This document shows positions 1-7,765 of a stretch of 40,906 nt of DNA, one piece after another. Below the pieces are notes generated by a model. The model was not told where the DNA came from. It did no database searches and saw only the letters and a program-made list of their open reading frames with translations. Source of the DNA: Flavobacteriales bacterium (GTDB lineage: Bacteria > Bacteroidota > Bacteroidia > Flavobacteriales > BACL11); the NCBI GenBank assembly GCA_012960805.1, contig DUAO01000010.1, forward strand, positions 1-40,906, read 5' to 3'. The translations under genes were made by a program, and so were the position numbers. Within the stretch, counting starts at the first letter, position 1. Each line of letters opens with the position of its first letter.

Positions 1-1
1 G

Positions 2-253
2 TATAAATATGATTTGGAGTACGGTTCAGCTGAGGTTGAGGTGCATAAATCGGACATACAAAAAGGTTGGAATGTATTAGTTCATGATGACTTGTTAGCC
101 ACTGGCGGTACCGCTTGTGCAGCAGCAGAACTTATTTCTCAGTTAGATGCAAAAGTGGCTGGCTTTGCCTTTGTTATTAGTTTGGATTTTTTGCAAGGAA
201 ATAAGAGGTTAGCGAAATATTCAAAGAATATAATAAGTTTAAAAAATTATTAA
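2..253 (+). CDS. apt: Adenine phosphoribosyltransferase, C-terminal part (5' end lies outside the window)
   Basis: The frame is open from the window edge. The translation YKYDLEYGSAEVEVHKSDIQKGWNVLVHDDLLATGGTACAA contains the PRPP-binding VHDDLLATGGT motif typical of type I PRTases/APRT. Confidence 0.85.
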   Translation, partial: YKYDLEYGSAEVEVHKSDIQKGWNVLVHDDLLATGGTACAAAELISQLDAKVAGFAFVISLDFLQGNKRLAKYSKNIISLKNY

Positions 254-1393
254 ATGGATTTTACAATTACCGAAAATCAAAACATGATTGCTGATATGAT
301 TCAGCAATTTGGAAAACAAAATATCACTCCTTTTGTGCGTGAGTGGGACGATACTCAAACCTTCCCGGTTCAGGTATTTAAAAAATTAGGAGAATTAGGA
401 TTGATGGGCGTATTGGTCCCTACTGAATATGGAGGTTCAGGCTTTAGCTATACTGAATACGTAACAGCTATTGAACAGCTTTCTATTTTAGATCCATCTA
501 TTGGGCTTTCTATGGCAGCTCATAATTCCTTATGTACAGGTCATATTTTGCAATTTGGAAATGAGGATCAAAAGAAAAAATGGTTGCCAAAATTAGTAAC
601 TGCTGAGTGGATTGGCGCTTGGGGATTAACCGAACACAATTCAGGTTCTGATGCAGCAGGAATGTCAACTACTGCTGTAAAAGATGGGGATGATTGGGTG
701 CTAAATGGAGCCAAGAATTTTATTACACACGCTATTTCAGGAAATGTAGCTGTAGTTATTGTGCGAACAGGTTCAAAAGGAGATTCTCATGCTATGACAA
801 CTTTTGTAGTTGAAAAAGGAACTCCAGGCTTTACTTCAGGAAAGAAAGAAGATAAGTTAGGAATGCGCGCTTCAGAAACGGCTGAGCTTATTTTTGATAA
901 TTGCCGTATACCTGAAGAAAATATATTAGGAGAAGTTGGGGATGGATTTATTCAAGCAATGAAGGTGTTGGATGGCGGAAGAATATCTATTGCTGCTTTA
1001 TCTTTAGGGATTGCAAAAGGAGCTTATATTGCAGCTAAACAATACGCAAAGGAGCGTGAGCAATTTGGAAAACCAATTGCACATTTTCAAGCTATTGCCT
1101 TTAAATTGGCTGATATGGCAACTGAGATTGAAGCTTCAGAATTGCTTATTTATAGTGCTGCTGATAAAAAGAACAAAGGAGAACGAATGACTTTGGAGGG
1201 AGCAATGGCAAAATATTATTCGTCAGAAGTGGCTGTTAAAATAGCGAATGATGCCGTTCAGGTACTAGGCGGATATGGCTATACTAAGGATTTCCCGGTG
1301 GAGCGGTTTTATCGAGATTCTAAATTATGTACTATTGGTGAAGGAACTTCAGAAATGCAAAAATTAGTAATTGCCAAACAAATTACAGGATAA
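254..1393 (+). CDS. Acyl-CoA dehydrogenase (short/medium-chain type)
   Basis: 379 aa. The ACAD family signature is present throughout (GAWGLTEHNSGSDAAG, DGGRISIAA). The catalytic-base context IGEGTSEMQ lies near the C-terminus. The ATG directly follows the apt stop codon. Confidence 0.85.
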   Translation: MDFTITENQNMIADMIQQFGKQNITPFVREWDDTQTFPVQVFKKLGELGLMGVLVPTEYGGSGFSYTEYVTAIEQLSILDPSIGLSMAAHNSLCTGHILQFGNEDQKKKWLPKLVTAEWIGAWGLTEHNSGSDAAGMSTTAVKDGDDWVLNGAKNFITHAISGNVAVVIVRTGSKGDSHAMTTFVVEKGTPGFTSGKKEDKLGMRASETAELIFDNCRIPEENILGEVGDGFIQAMKVLDGGRISIAALSLGIAKGAYIAAKQYAKEREQFGKPIAHFQAIAFKLADMATEIEASELLIYSAADKKNKGERMTLEGAMAKYYSSEVAVKIANDAVQVLGGYGYTKDFPVERFYRDSKLCTIGEGTSEMQKLVIAKQITG

Positions 1394-1396
1394 TGT

Positions 1397-1426
1397 TTGT
1401 TTGTTGTCAAGATATTTATATTTTTG
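1397..1426 (+). promoter_or_regulatory. Bacteroidota sigma-A type promoter for rpsU (TTG-N19-TATTTTTG)
   Basis: TTG at 1397-1399, an exact 19-nt spacer, then TATTTTTG at 1419-1426. This matches the published Bacteroidetes -33/-7 consensus TTG...TAnnTTTG. It lies about 20 nt upstream of the rpsU ATG. Confidence 0.55.
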
Positions 1427-1448
1427 CAGCCCAAATTTAAAAAGAAAT

Positions 1449-1640
1449 ATGTTAGTAATACCAGTAAAAGACGGAGAGAATATTGATAGAGCGCTTAAGC
1501 GTTTTAAAAGAAAATTCTTAAAAACAGGAACTTTAAAGAGATTAAGAGCCAACAAACAATATATTAAGCCATCAGAAAGATTGCGTATTAAAAAGCAAAA
1601 AGCTGTTTATTCTGAAGCTCTTTTGAGAGAGATGGAATAA
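1449..1640 (+). CDS. rpsU: 30S ribosomal protein S21
   Basis: 63 aa, MLVIPVKDGENIDRALKRFKRKF..., the typical S21 N-terminus. I chose the internal ATG at 1449 over the 1371 ORF start. The upstream extension is non-conserved and overlaps the promoter. Confidence 0.9.
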   Translation: MLVIPVKDGENIDRALKRFKRKFLKTGTLKRLRANKQYIKPSERLRIKKQKAVYSEALLREME

Positions 1641-1664
1641 AAAAATATTTTATAATAATTAAAG

Positions 1665-1707
1665 CCTTTTTATTTGTAATTTCGTTACAAGTTTAAAGGT
1701 TTTTTTT
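1665..1707 (+). terminator. Probable rho-independent terminator after rpsU
   Basis: An imperfect long hairpin, CCTTTttATTTGTAA-tttcg-TTACAAgTttAAAGG (1665-1699), is followed by a T8 run (1700-1707) that abuts the next ATG. Confidence 0.45.
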
Positions 1708-2577
1708 ATGTTCAAAAATGAGTTTACACAATATATAGCTGCTGAAAAAAGATTTTCTGAACATACCATAAAATCGTATCTAACCGATTTAAATCAATTT
1801 ACTATTTATATTGGTGCTGAGTTTGAAATCCATGAGAATGTAAATGATATAAATTTCCAGATTATCAGAAGCTGGATTGCTTCAATGTTAGAAAAAGGGA
1901 TCAGTCCAAGGTCGGTAAATCGAAAAATATCGACACTTAAAACCTACTTTAAGTTTCTGTTAAGAAATGAATTCTTGCAGGAAAGCCCTATGCTGAAAGT
2001 TGTGGCTCCTAAATCCAAAAAACGCTTACCTGTTTTTATTGAAGAAGATCAAATGGAGTCTTTATTAACTGAAGTAGTTTTTGAAGATGGTTTTACTGGA
2101 CAGAGAAATAAACTTATTATTGAACTTTTTTATGTTACTGGGATTCGCCTTTCAGAACTTATAAATATAAAAATAAAGGATATTGACTTTCAAAATCAAT
2201 TGATTAAGGTTTTAGGAAAAAGAAATAAAGAGCGTCTTATTCCGCTTTCAGCTAGTATGATTCAGCTATTGAAAAGTTTTATTGAAGAAAATCAAATTAA
2301 TCATTTTCTTTTTTCTAATTTGGACGGGAATCAATTGTATACTAAAATGGTATACCGTATCGTTAATAAATATATCGGTAAAATTAGCAGTGTGAATAAT
2401 AAGAGCCCACATATATTAAGGCATACCTTTGCAACGCATATGTTGAATAATGGAGCTGATATTAATGCAATAAAAGAATTATTGGGGCATGCAAACTTGA
2501 GCGCGACACAAGTGTATACTCATAATACAATAGAAAAATTAAAAACTGTTTATAAACAAGCTCATCCCAGAGCATAA
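1708..2577 (+). CDS. Tyrosine site-specific recombinase, XerC/XerD family
   Basis: 289 aa. It has an N-terminal SAM-like core-binding domain. Catalytic residues are in context: TGIRLSEL (Arg), HILRHTFATH (His-x-x-Arg), LLGHANLSATQVYTH (His, Tyr nucleophile). Confidence 0.85.
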   Translation: MFKNEFTQYIAAEKRFSEHTIKSYLTDLNQFTIYIGAEFEIHENVNDINFQIIRSWIASMLEKGISPRSVNRKISTLKTYFKFLLRNEFLQESPMLKVVAPKSKKRLPVFIEEDQMESLLTEVVFEDGFTGQRNKLIIELFYVTGIRLSELINIKIKDIDFQNQLIKVLGKRNKERLIPLSASMIQLLKSFIEENQINHFLFSNLDGNQLYTKMVYRIVNKYIGKISSVNNKSPHILRHTFATHMLNNGADINAIKELLGHANLSATQVYTHNTIEKLKTVYKQAHPRA

Positions 2578-2589
2578 AAATAATTTATT

Positions 2590-2871
2590 ATGAATATTCA
2601 AATCCAAAGTGTACATTTTGCGGCAGACAAACAATTAAAAGACTTTATAAATAAAAAAGTTGAAAAGTTAATTTCTATTGATGATACTATGATTAATGCG
2701 GATATATATTTGAAAGTTGATAAACCAGAATCTCATGACAATAAAATTGCTGAAATAAAACTTCATTCTACTGCATCTAAATATTTTGCTAAAAAACAAG
2801 CTAATTCTTTTGAAGAATCCATTGATTTAGCGTCTCAAGCTTTGAAAAAACAAATCCTAAAAAACAAGTAA
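2590..2871 (+). CDS. hpf: Ribosome hibernation / ribosome-associated inhibitor protein (short HPF/RaiA family)
   Basis: 93 aa, MNIQIQSVHF...DKQLKDFINKKVEKL..., the typical sigma-54-modulation/S30EA family start. It occupies the conserved position between the xer gene and the tRNA-tuf block in Bacteroidota. Confidence 0.75.
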   Translation: MNIQIQSVHFAADKQLKDFINKKVEKLISIDDTMINADIYLKVDKPESHDNKIAEIKLHSTASKYFAKKQANSFEESIDLASQALKKQILKNK

Positions 2872-2927
2872 AAATAAGCCTAAAAATCTTCTTGTTTTAA
2901 ATATTTTAAAAAAACTATTCTTTTTGA

Positions 2928-2957
2928 TTGCTGGTATTAAAAACTTTAATAAATTTG
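2928..2957 (+). promoter_or_regulatory. Bacteroidota-type promoter for the tRNA-tuf transcription unit (TTG-N19-TAAATTTG)
   Basis: TTG at 2928-2930, an exact 19-nt spacer, then TAAATTTG at 2950-2957, followed by GCAGCC. It lies about 55 nt upstream of the first tRNA. Confidence 0.55.
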
Positions 2958-3013
2958 CAGCCCATTTGTAAAGGGGGATAGTTCATTTTATGATAGGCAT
3001 TAATTTAATATAA

Positions 3014-3087
3014 GCCGATATAGCTCAGTTGGCTAGAGCAGCTGATTTGTAATCAGCAGGTCGTGGGTTCGAGTCCCTCTATCGGCT
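3014..3087 (+). tRNA. tRNA-Thr (anticodon UGU)
   Basis: Hand-folded cloverleaf. Acceptor GCCGATA/TATCGGC, D-arm AGCTCAGTTGGCTAGAGC, anticodon stem GCTGA/TCAGC with loop TTTGTAA, T-arm GTGGGTTCGAGTCCCTC. 74 nt, no encoded CCA. Confidence 0.9.
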
Positions 3088-3097
3088 CTTATTTTAA

Positions 3098-3179
3098 GGG
3101 GGGATACTCAAGCGGTCAACGAGGGCAGACTGTAAATCTGCTGGCTACGCCTTCACAGGTTCGAATCCTGTTCCCCCCA
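3098..3179 (+). tRNA. tRNA-Tyr (anticodon GUA)
   Basis: Acceptor GGGGGGA/TCCCCCC, anticodon loop CTGTAAA, a long variable arm and T-arm ACAGGTTCGAATCCTGT. 82 nt, class II tRNA as expected for bacterial Tyr. Confidence 0.9.
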
Positions 3180-3196
3180 CATAAATTAATGAGATT

Positions 3197-3269
3197 GCGA
3201 GAGTAGCTCAGCTGGTAGAGCGTCAGCCTTCCAAGCTGAGGGTCGCGGGTTCGATTCCCGTCTCTCGCT
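3197..3269 (+). tRNA. tRNA-Gly (anticodon UCC)
   Basis: Acceptor GCGAGAG/CTCTCGC, anticodon stem TCAGC/GCTGA with loop CTTCCAA, T-loop GGTTCGATTCC. 73 nt. Confidence 0.9.
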
Positions 3270-3280
3270 CTTTATTTCTT

Positions 3281-3352
3281 GCCGGTGTAGCTCAGGGGTA
3301 GAGCGTTTCCTTGGTAAGGAAGAGGTCACGGGTTCAATTCCCGTCATTGGCT
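3281..3352 (+). tRNA. tRNA-Thr (anticodon GGU)
   Basis: Acceptor GCCGGTG/CATTGGC (two G-U pairs), anticodon stem TTTCC/GGAAG with loop TTGGTAA, T-loop GGTTCAATTCC. 72 nt. The Thr-Tyr-Gly-Thr-tuf order is the classic conserved arrangement. Confidence 0.85.
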
Positions 3353-3439
3353 CTAAACTAAAAGGAAAGAAAAAAGAAGTAGTAGTAAAATAAAAAGTAG
3401 AATTTATAACTAAATTATTAATAACTAAATTTAACAAAA

Positions 3440-4624
3440 ATGGCAAAAGAAAATTTTAAGCGTACCAAGCCACACTTGAATATTGGTACAATTGGTCATG
3501 TTGACCATGGGAAAACAACTTTAACAGCTGCAATTACAAAAGTATTAGCTGAGATAAATGGTACAGAAGTTCGTGATTTTGCATCTATTGATAATGCTCC
3601 TGAAGAAAAAGAAAGAGGTATTACAATTAATACATCTCATGTAGAATATGAAACAGAGAATAGACATTATGCTCACGTAGATTGTCCAGGTCACGCGGAT
3701 TACGTAAAAAACATGGTAACTGGTGCTGCACAGATGGATGGTGCAATTTTAGTTTGTGCTGCAACTGATGGTCCTATGCCTCAAACAAGAGAACACATCT
3801 TACTTGCCAGACAAGTAGGGGTTCCTAGTCTTGTAGTGTTTTTAAACAAAGCAGATATGGTAGATGATGAAGAGTTAATGGAATTAGTTGAAATGGAGAC
3901 TAGAGAATTATTATCTTTCTATGATTATGATGGTGATAATACTCCTATAATTACTGGATCTGCTTTAGGTGGATTGAATGGTGATGCAGAATGGACTCCA
4001 AAAATTATAGAATTAATGGCTGCTGTTGATGCTTATATTCCAGAGCCAGTAAGAGAAAATGAAAAGCCTTTCTTAATGCCAGTTGAAGATGTATTTACAA
4101 TTACAGGTAGAGGTACTGTAGCTACTGGTAGAATTGAGACTGGTGTTGCAAATACTGGTGATACTGTAGATATTATTGGTATGGGAGCTGAGAAATTAAG
4201 CTCTACAGTTACTGGTGTTGAGATGTTTAGAAAGATATTAGATAGAGGTGAGGCTGGTGATAATGTTGGTATTTTATTGAGAGGTATTGAGAAAACAGAT
4301 ATCAAAAGAGGAATGGTGATTTGTAAACCAGGATCTGTTAAACCACATGCTAAGTTTGAAGCTGAGGTATATATTTTGAAGAAAGAAGAGGGGGGTAGAC
4401 ATACTCCTTTTCATAATAAATATCGTCCACAGTTTTATATCAGAACAACTGATGTGACAGGTGAGATATTTTTACCTACTGGAACTGAGATGGTAATGCC
4501 TGGTGATAACTTAACTATTACTGTAGAGTTAATTGCTGGCGTTGCAATGAGTGAAGGATTAAGGTTCGCAATCCGAGAGGGTGGTAGAACTGTTGGAGCT
4601 GGACAAATTACTAAGTTACTTTAA
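3440..4624 (+). CDS. tuf: Translation elongation factor Tu
   Basis: 394 aa. G-domain motifs [17 protein letters not shown] and NKADMV are present. Similarity to EF-Tu is obvious over the full length. Confidence 0.98.
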   Translation: MAKENFKRTKPHLNIGTIGHVDHGKTTLTAAITKVLAEINGTEVRDFASIDNAPEEKERGITINTSHVEYETENRHYAHVDCPGHADYVKNMVTGAAQMDGAILVCAATDGPMPQTREHILLARQVGVPSLVVFLNKADMVDDEELMELVEMETRELLSFYDYDGDNTPIITGSALGGLNGDAEWTPKIIELMAAVDAYIPEPVRENEKPFLMPVEDVFTITGRGTVATGRIETGVANTGDTVDIIGMGAEKLSSTVTGVEMFRKILDRGEAGDNVGILLRGIEKTDIKRGMVICKPGSVKPHAKFEAEVYILKKEEGGRHTPFHNKYRPQFYIRTTDVTGEIFLPTGTEMVMPGDNLTITVELIAGVAMSEGLRFAIREGGRTVGAGQITKLL

Positions 4625-4643
4625 AGTTAACCAATAAGTTTGA

Positions 4644-4680
4644 CAGTAAAGGAATAGTGATTTTTAGTATTCCTTTACTG
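4644..4680 (+). other. Perfect 13-bp stem-loop between tuf and tRNA-Trp (possible processing or attenuation structure)
   Basis: CAGTAAAGGAATA (4644-4656), an 11-nt loop, then TATTCCTTTACTG (4668-4680). No T-tract follows. tRNA-Trp begins 6 nt later. Confidence 0.4.
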
Positions 4681-4685
4681 TATAA

Positions 4686-4758
4686 ACGGGTGTAGCTCAA
4701 TTGGTAGAGTAGTAGTCTCCAAAACTATTGGCTGGGAGTTCGAGTCTCTCCACCCGTG
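4686..4758 (+). tRNA. tRNA-Trp (anticodon CCA)
   Basis: Acceptor ACGGGTG/CACCCGT, D-arm TAGCTCAATTGGTAGAGTA, anticodon stem GTAGT/ACTAT with loop CTCCAAA, T-loop AGTTCGAGTCT. 73 nt. It holds the conserved position upstream of secE-nusG. Confidence 0.88.
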
Positions 4759-4777
4759 CGATAAAAGAATTAAGAAA

Positions 4778-4972
4778 ATGGCAAATAAAGGAACATATAT
4801 TAAGGAGTCGTATGATGAGTTAATGAATAAAGTGAGTTGGCCAAGTTGGTCAGAATTACAAAGCAGTTCAATTGTTGTTGCAATTGCATCAGCGATAATT
4901 GCTTTAATTATTTATGTGATGGATTCAGCATTTAGTAATGTTATGAATTTGTTTTATAGTTTCTTTTCATAA
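4778..4972 (+). CDS. secE: Preprotein translocase subunit SecE
   Basis: 64 aa with a single C-terminal TM helix (IVVAIASAIIALIIYVMD). N-terminal motif ...ELMNKVSWPSWSEL. Conserved position between tRNA-Trp and nusG. Confidence 0.85.
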   Translation: MANKGTYIKESYDELMNKVSWPSWSELQSSSIVVAIASAIIALIIYVMDSAFSNVMNLFYSFFS

Positions 4973-4979
4973 TTAAGGG

Positions 4980-5534
4980 ATGGAGCAAGAAATAGAAAAT
5001 ATGAAATGGTATGTTCTCAGGGTGATGGGAGGTAAGGAGAGAAAGACTGTTTCTTTTATCGAAAAAGAAATTGATCGATTAGGGATGCAGGATTTTGTTG
5101 CTCAAATACTAATACCAACTGAAAAAGTTTATCAGATTAGAAATGGTAAAAAAGTAAGTAAAGAGAAAAATTTCTTCCCCGGCTATGTTCTGGTAGAAGC
5201 TAATTTGAAGGGTGAGATTCCACATATCTTAAAGAACGTTACTAATGTTTTAGGATTTTTGGGAGCCACTAAAGGAGGCGTTCCTGTACCTATGAGAAAG
5301 AGTGAGATTAATAAAATTCTAGGTAAAGTTGATGAAATGGCTCTTATTGATGAAAATATTAGTATTCCTTTTGTAGTTGGAGAAACGGTTAAGGTAATCG
5401 ATGGACCGTTTAATAGTTTTAATGCTGAGATTGAAGATATTGATGAACAAAAGAAGAAGTTAAAATTAATGGTAAAAATATTTGGGAGAAAAACCCCTTT
5501 AGAGTTAAATTTTATGCAAATAGAAAAAATATAA
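4980..5534 (+). CDS. nusG: Transcription termination/antitermination factor NusG
   Basis: 184 aa. NGN domain start [16 protein letters not shown]-terminal KOW motif [22 protein letters not shown]. The true start could be the ATG at codon 8. Confidence 0.93.
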   Translation: MEQEIENMKWYVLRVMGGKERKTVSFIEKEIDRLGMQDFVAQILIPTEKVYQIRNGKKVSKEKNFFPGYVLVEANLKGEIPHILKNVTNVLGFLGATKGGVPVPMRKSEINKILGKVDEMALIDENISIPFVVGETVKVIDGPFNSFNAEIEDIDEQKKKLKLMVKIFGRKTPLELNFMQIEKI

Positions 5535-5538
5535 TAAA

Positions 5539-5976
5539 ATGGCAAAAGAAATTTCAGCACTTATTAAATTGCAGATTAAAGGAGGGGCTGCAAATCCAGC
5601 ACCACCAATTGGTCCCGCATTAGGAGCGAAGGGTGTGAATATCATGGAATTCTGCAAGCAATTTAATGCAAGAACTCAGGATAAATCAGGGAGTATTGTT
5701 CCTGTGGTTATTACTGTATTCGCAGATAAATCATTTGAATTTATCATTAAAACCGCTCCTGCTGCCGCACAGCTCTTAGCTGCTGCTAAAAAGAAAAGTG
5801 GATCAGGTGAGCCTAATAAACTAAAGATTGCTACAGTTAATTGGGATCAAGTAAAGGCAATTGCAGAAGATAAAATGACAGATTTAAATGCTTTTAAAGT
5901 AGAATCAGCAATGAAGATGGTAGCGGGAACTGCAAGAAGTATGGGGGTAATTGTTAAAGGAGATTTTCCTTCATAA
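5539..5976 (+). CDS. rplK: 50S ribosomal protein L11
   Basis: 145 aa. [35 protein letters not shown] is the canonical L11 N-terminal domain. Confidence 0.97.
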   Translation: MAKEISALIKLQIKGGAANPAPPIGPALGAKGVNIMEFCKQFNARTQDKSGSIVPVVITVFADKSFEFIIKTAPAAAQLLAAAKKKSGSGEPNKLKIATVNWDQVKAIAEDKMTDLNAFKVESAMKMVAGTARSMGVIVKGDFPS

Positions 5977-5998
5977 ATAATATAAAATAGTTAAACTT

Positions 5999-6691
5999 AT
6001 GGCAACTAGTAAAAATAGAAAAAGTGCTTTAGAGAATGTTGATTTAAATAAATCATACAATTTAGATGAATCTTCAGCAATTGTGAAAGAAAATGCAAAA
6101 GCTAAATTTGACGAATCTATAGAATTAGCTGTAAGATTAGGAGTTGATCCTAGGCAAGCTAATCAAATGGTAAGAGGTGTTGCTTCTTTACCACATGGAA
6201 CGGGTAAAAATTTAAAAGTATTAGCTTTAGTAACTGCAGATAAAGAAATAGAGGCAAAAGAAGCAGGTGCTGATTATGCAGGTTTAGATGAGTACATTGA
6301 AAAAATTAAAGGAGGCTGGACTGATATTGATGTAATTGTCACTATGCCTTCATTAATGGGTAAAATTGGCGCTTTAGGTAAAGTATTAGGTCCAAGAGGA
6401 TTAATGCCAAACCCAAAATCAGGAACAGTAACCATGGATATTGCAAAGGCAGTATCTGATGTTAAGAAAGGAAAAATAGATTTTAAAGTAGAAAATAATG
6501 GAATAATTCATGTTTCTGTTGGTAAAGTATCTTTTGATTCAAATAAGATTGCTGAAAATGCTAACGAATTACTTCAAACTATTATTAAATTAAAGCCTTC
6601 TGCATCTAAAGGGACTTATATGAAAAGTATTTTTATGTCTAGTACTATGGGATTAGGTATTCAGGTTGACGCCAACTCATTAGTTGAATAA
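5999..6691 (+). CDS. rplA: 50S ribosomal protein L1
   Basis: 230 aa with L1 signatures: [24 protein letters not shown] and [19 protein letters not shown]. Confidence 0.97.
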   Translation: MATSKNRKSALENVDLNKSYNLDESSAIVKENAKAKFDESIELAVRLGVDPRQANQMVRGVASLPHGTGKNLKVLALVTADKEIEAKEAGADYAGLDEYIEKIKGGWTDIDVIVTMPSLMGKIGALGKVLGPRGLMPNPKSGTVTMDIAKAVSDVKKGKIDFKVENNGIIHVSVGKVSFDSNKIAENANELLQTIIKLKPSASKGTYMKSIFMSSTMGLGIQVDANSLVE

Positions 6692-6711
6692 ATTAAGAAA
6701 AGCGTAAAGAA

Positions 6712-7233
6712 ATGAATAAACAAGAAAAAAATCAATTGATTGAGGTCCTTGATGGGATGCTTAATGAAAATAAGAACTTTTATCTAGCAGATATATCTGG
6801 TTTAACTGCTGAAGAAAATAGTGCTTTAAGAAGACTATGTTATAAAAGAGAGGTTTCTTTACAAGTTGTAAAAAACACTCTTTTAAAGAAAGCTTTTGAA
6901 AAGAATACAACTGACTTTAGTGAATTGTATGACGTATTAGTTGGCAATACTTCAATTATGCAAGCTGAAGCGGCTAACGGTCCTGCAAAAGTGATTAAAG
7001 AATTTAGAACAAAGAATGAGAAGCCAATTTTAAAAGCGGCTTATCTTGAAGAGTCACTTTATATTGGAGATGAGAATTTAGCAGCTCTTTCAGACCTTAA
7101 GTCTAAAGATGAATTAATAGGTGATATTATCACATTATTACAATCTCCAGCGAAGAATGTTATCTTGGCTTTACAGTCAGGTGGCAACAAACTTTCAGGA
7201 ATTGTAAAAACTTTACAAGAAAAAACTTTATAA
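6712..7233 (+). CDS. rplJ: 50S ribosomal protein L10
   Basis: 173 aa. L10 family pattern (FYLADISGLTAEENSALRRLC...) and the conserved position between rplA and rplL. Confidence 0.93.
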   Translation: MNKQEKNQLIEVLDGMLNENKNFYLADISGLTAEENSALRRLCYKREVSLQVVKNTLLKKAFEKNTTDFSELYDVLVGNTSIMQAEAANGPAKVIKEFRTKNEKPILKAAYLEESLYIGDENLAALSDLKSKDELIGDIITLLQSPAKNVILALQSGGNKLSGIVKTLQEKTL

Positions 7234-7288
7234 AAAAAGAAATGCTTCCAACATTTAAAATAAATAAATAATTTAAAAACAAATAAAA

Positions 7289-7666
7289 ATGGCAGATTTA
7301 AAAAAATTCGCAGAAGAATTAGTTAACTTATCAGTAAAAGATGTTAACGAATTAGCTACTATACTTAAAGATGAGTATAGCATTGAGCCGGCAGCAGCGG
7401 CAGCAGCAGGACCAGCAGCAGGTGGTGGTCAAGCAGCAGAAGCGAGTGAAGAGCAAACAGAATTTGATGTTATCTTGAAAGAAGCAGGCGCTACTAAATT
7501 ACAAGTTGTTAAAGCTGTAAAAGAATTAACAGGTTTAGGGCTTAAAGAAGCAAAGGATATTGTTGATAGCGCTCCTAAAGCAGTTAAAGAAGGAGTTAGT
7601 AAGGCTGAGGCTGAAGGAATTCAGAAAGCATTAGAAGAAGCTGGAGCTGTAGTTGAGCTTAAGTAG
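7289..7666 (+). CDS. rplL: 50S ribosomal protein L7/L12
   Basis: 125 aa. It has an Ala/Gly-rich hinge and the C-terminal domain [28 protein letters not shown]... Confidence 0.97.
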   Translation: MADLKKFAEELVNLSVKDVNELATILKDEYSIEPAAAAAAGPAAGGGQAAEASEEQTEFDVILKEAGATKLQVVKAVKELTGLGLKEAKDIVDSAPKAVKEGVSKAEAEGIQKALEEAGAVVELK

Positions 7667-7683
7667 TTTCTTTAGATGTTAAA

Positions 7684-7729
7684 GGTTTAAATCTTATGAA
7701 GCATTAAGATTTAACCCCTTACGTTTTTT
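7684..7729 (+). terminator. rplL-rpoB intergenic attenuator/terminator hairpin
   Basis: GGtTTAAATCTTA (7684-7696), an 8-nt loop, TAAGATTTAACC (7705-7716), then CCTTACG and T6 (7724-7729). It sits where a partial terminator between rplL and rpoB is known in other bacteria. Confidence 0.5.
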
Positions 7730-7765
7730 ACTGAATCCCTTTTTTCTCATCTAAAACTTACTACC

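Noticed and set aside
1364-1640. Minus-strand 63-aa ORF (1364-1555) and the long 89-aa version of the rpsU ORF starting at 1371
   Set aside because: The minus ORF is a shadow of rpsU. The 1371 start overlaps the acyl-CoA dehydrogenase end and the rpsU promoter and adds a non-conserved N-terminus. The S21 homology begins at the ATG at 1449.
1708-2577. Tyrosine recombinase as a marker of an integrated mobile element
   Set aside because: It sits in the conserved Bacteroidota rpsU-xer-hpf-tRNA-tuf context. It has no flanking repeats, cargo genes or att-like duplications of the adjacent tRNAs. This fits a chromosomal Xer-type recombinase.
3406-3431. Direct repeat ATAACTAAATT x2 (period 15) upstream of tuf
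   Set aside because: It is short and AT-rich in an AT-rich leader, so a chance occurrence is plausible. It has no matching promoter or operator geometry.
3186-3446. 86-aa minus-strand ORF
   Set aside because: It lies entirely antisense to tRNA-Gly, tRNA-Thr and the tuf leader. Its frame is kept open by the structured tRNA sequence. It has no protein-like features.
7391-7444. GCA/GCG-rich simple repeat
   Set aside because: It encodes the Ala/Gly-rich flexible hinge of L7/L12. This is a normal feature of rplL, not a microsatellite or regulatory repeat.
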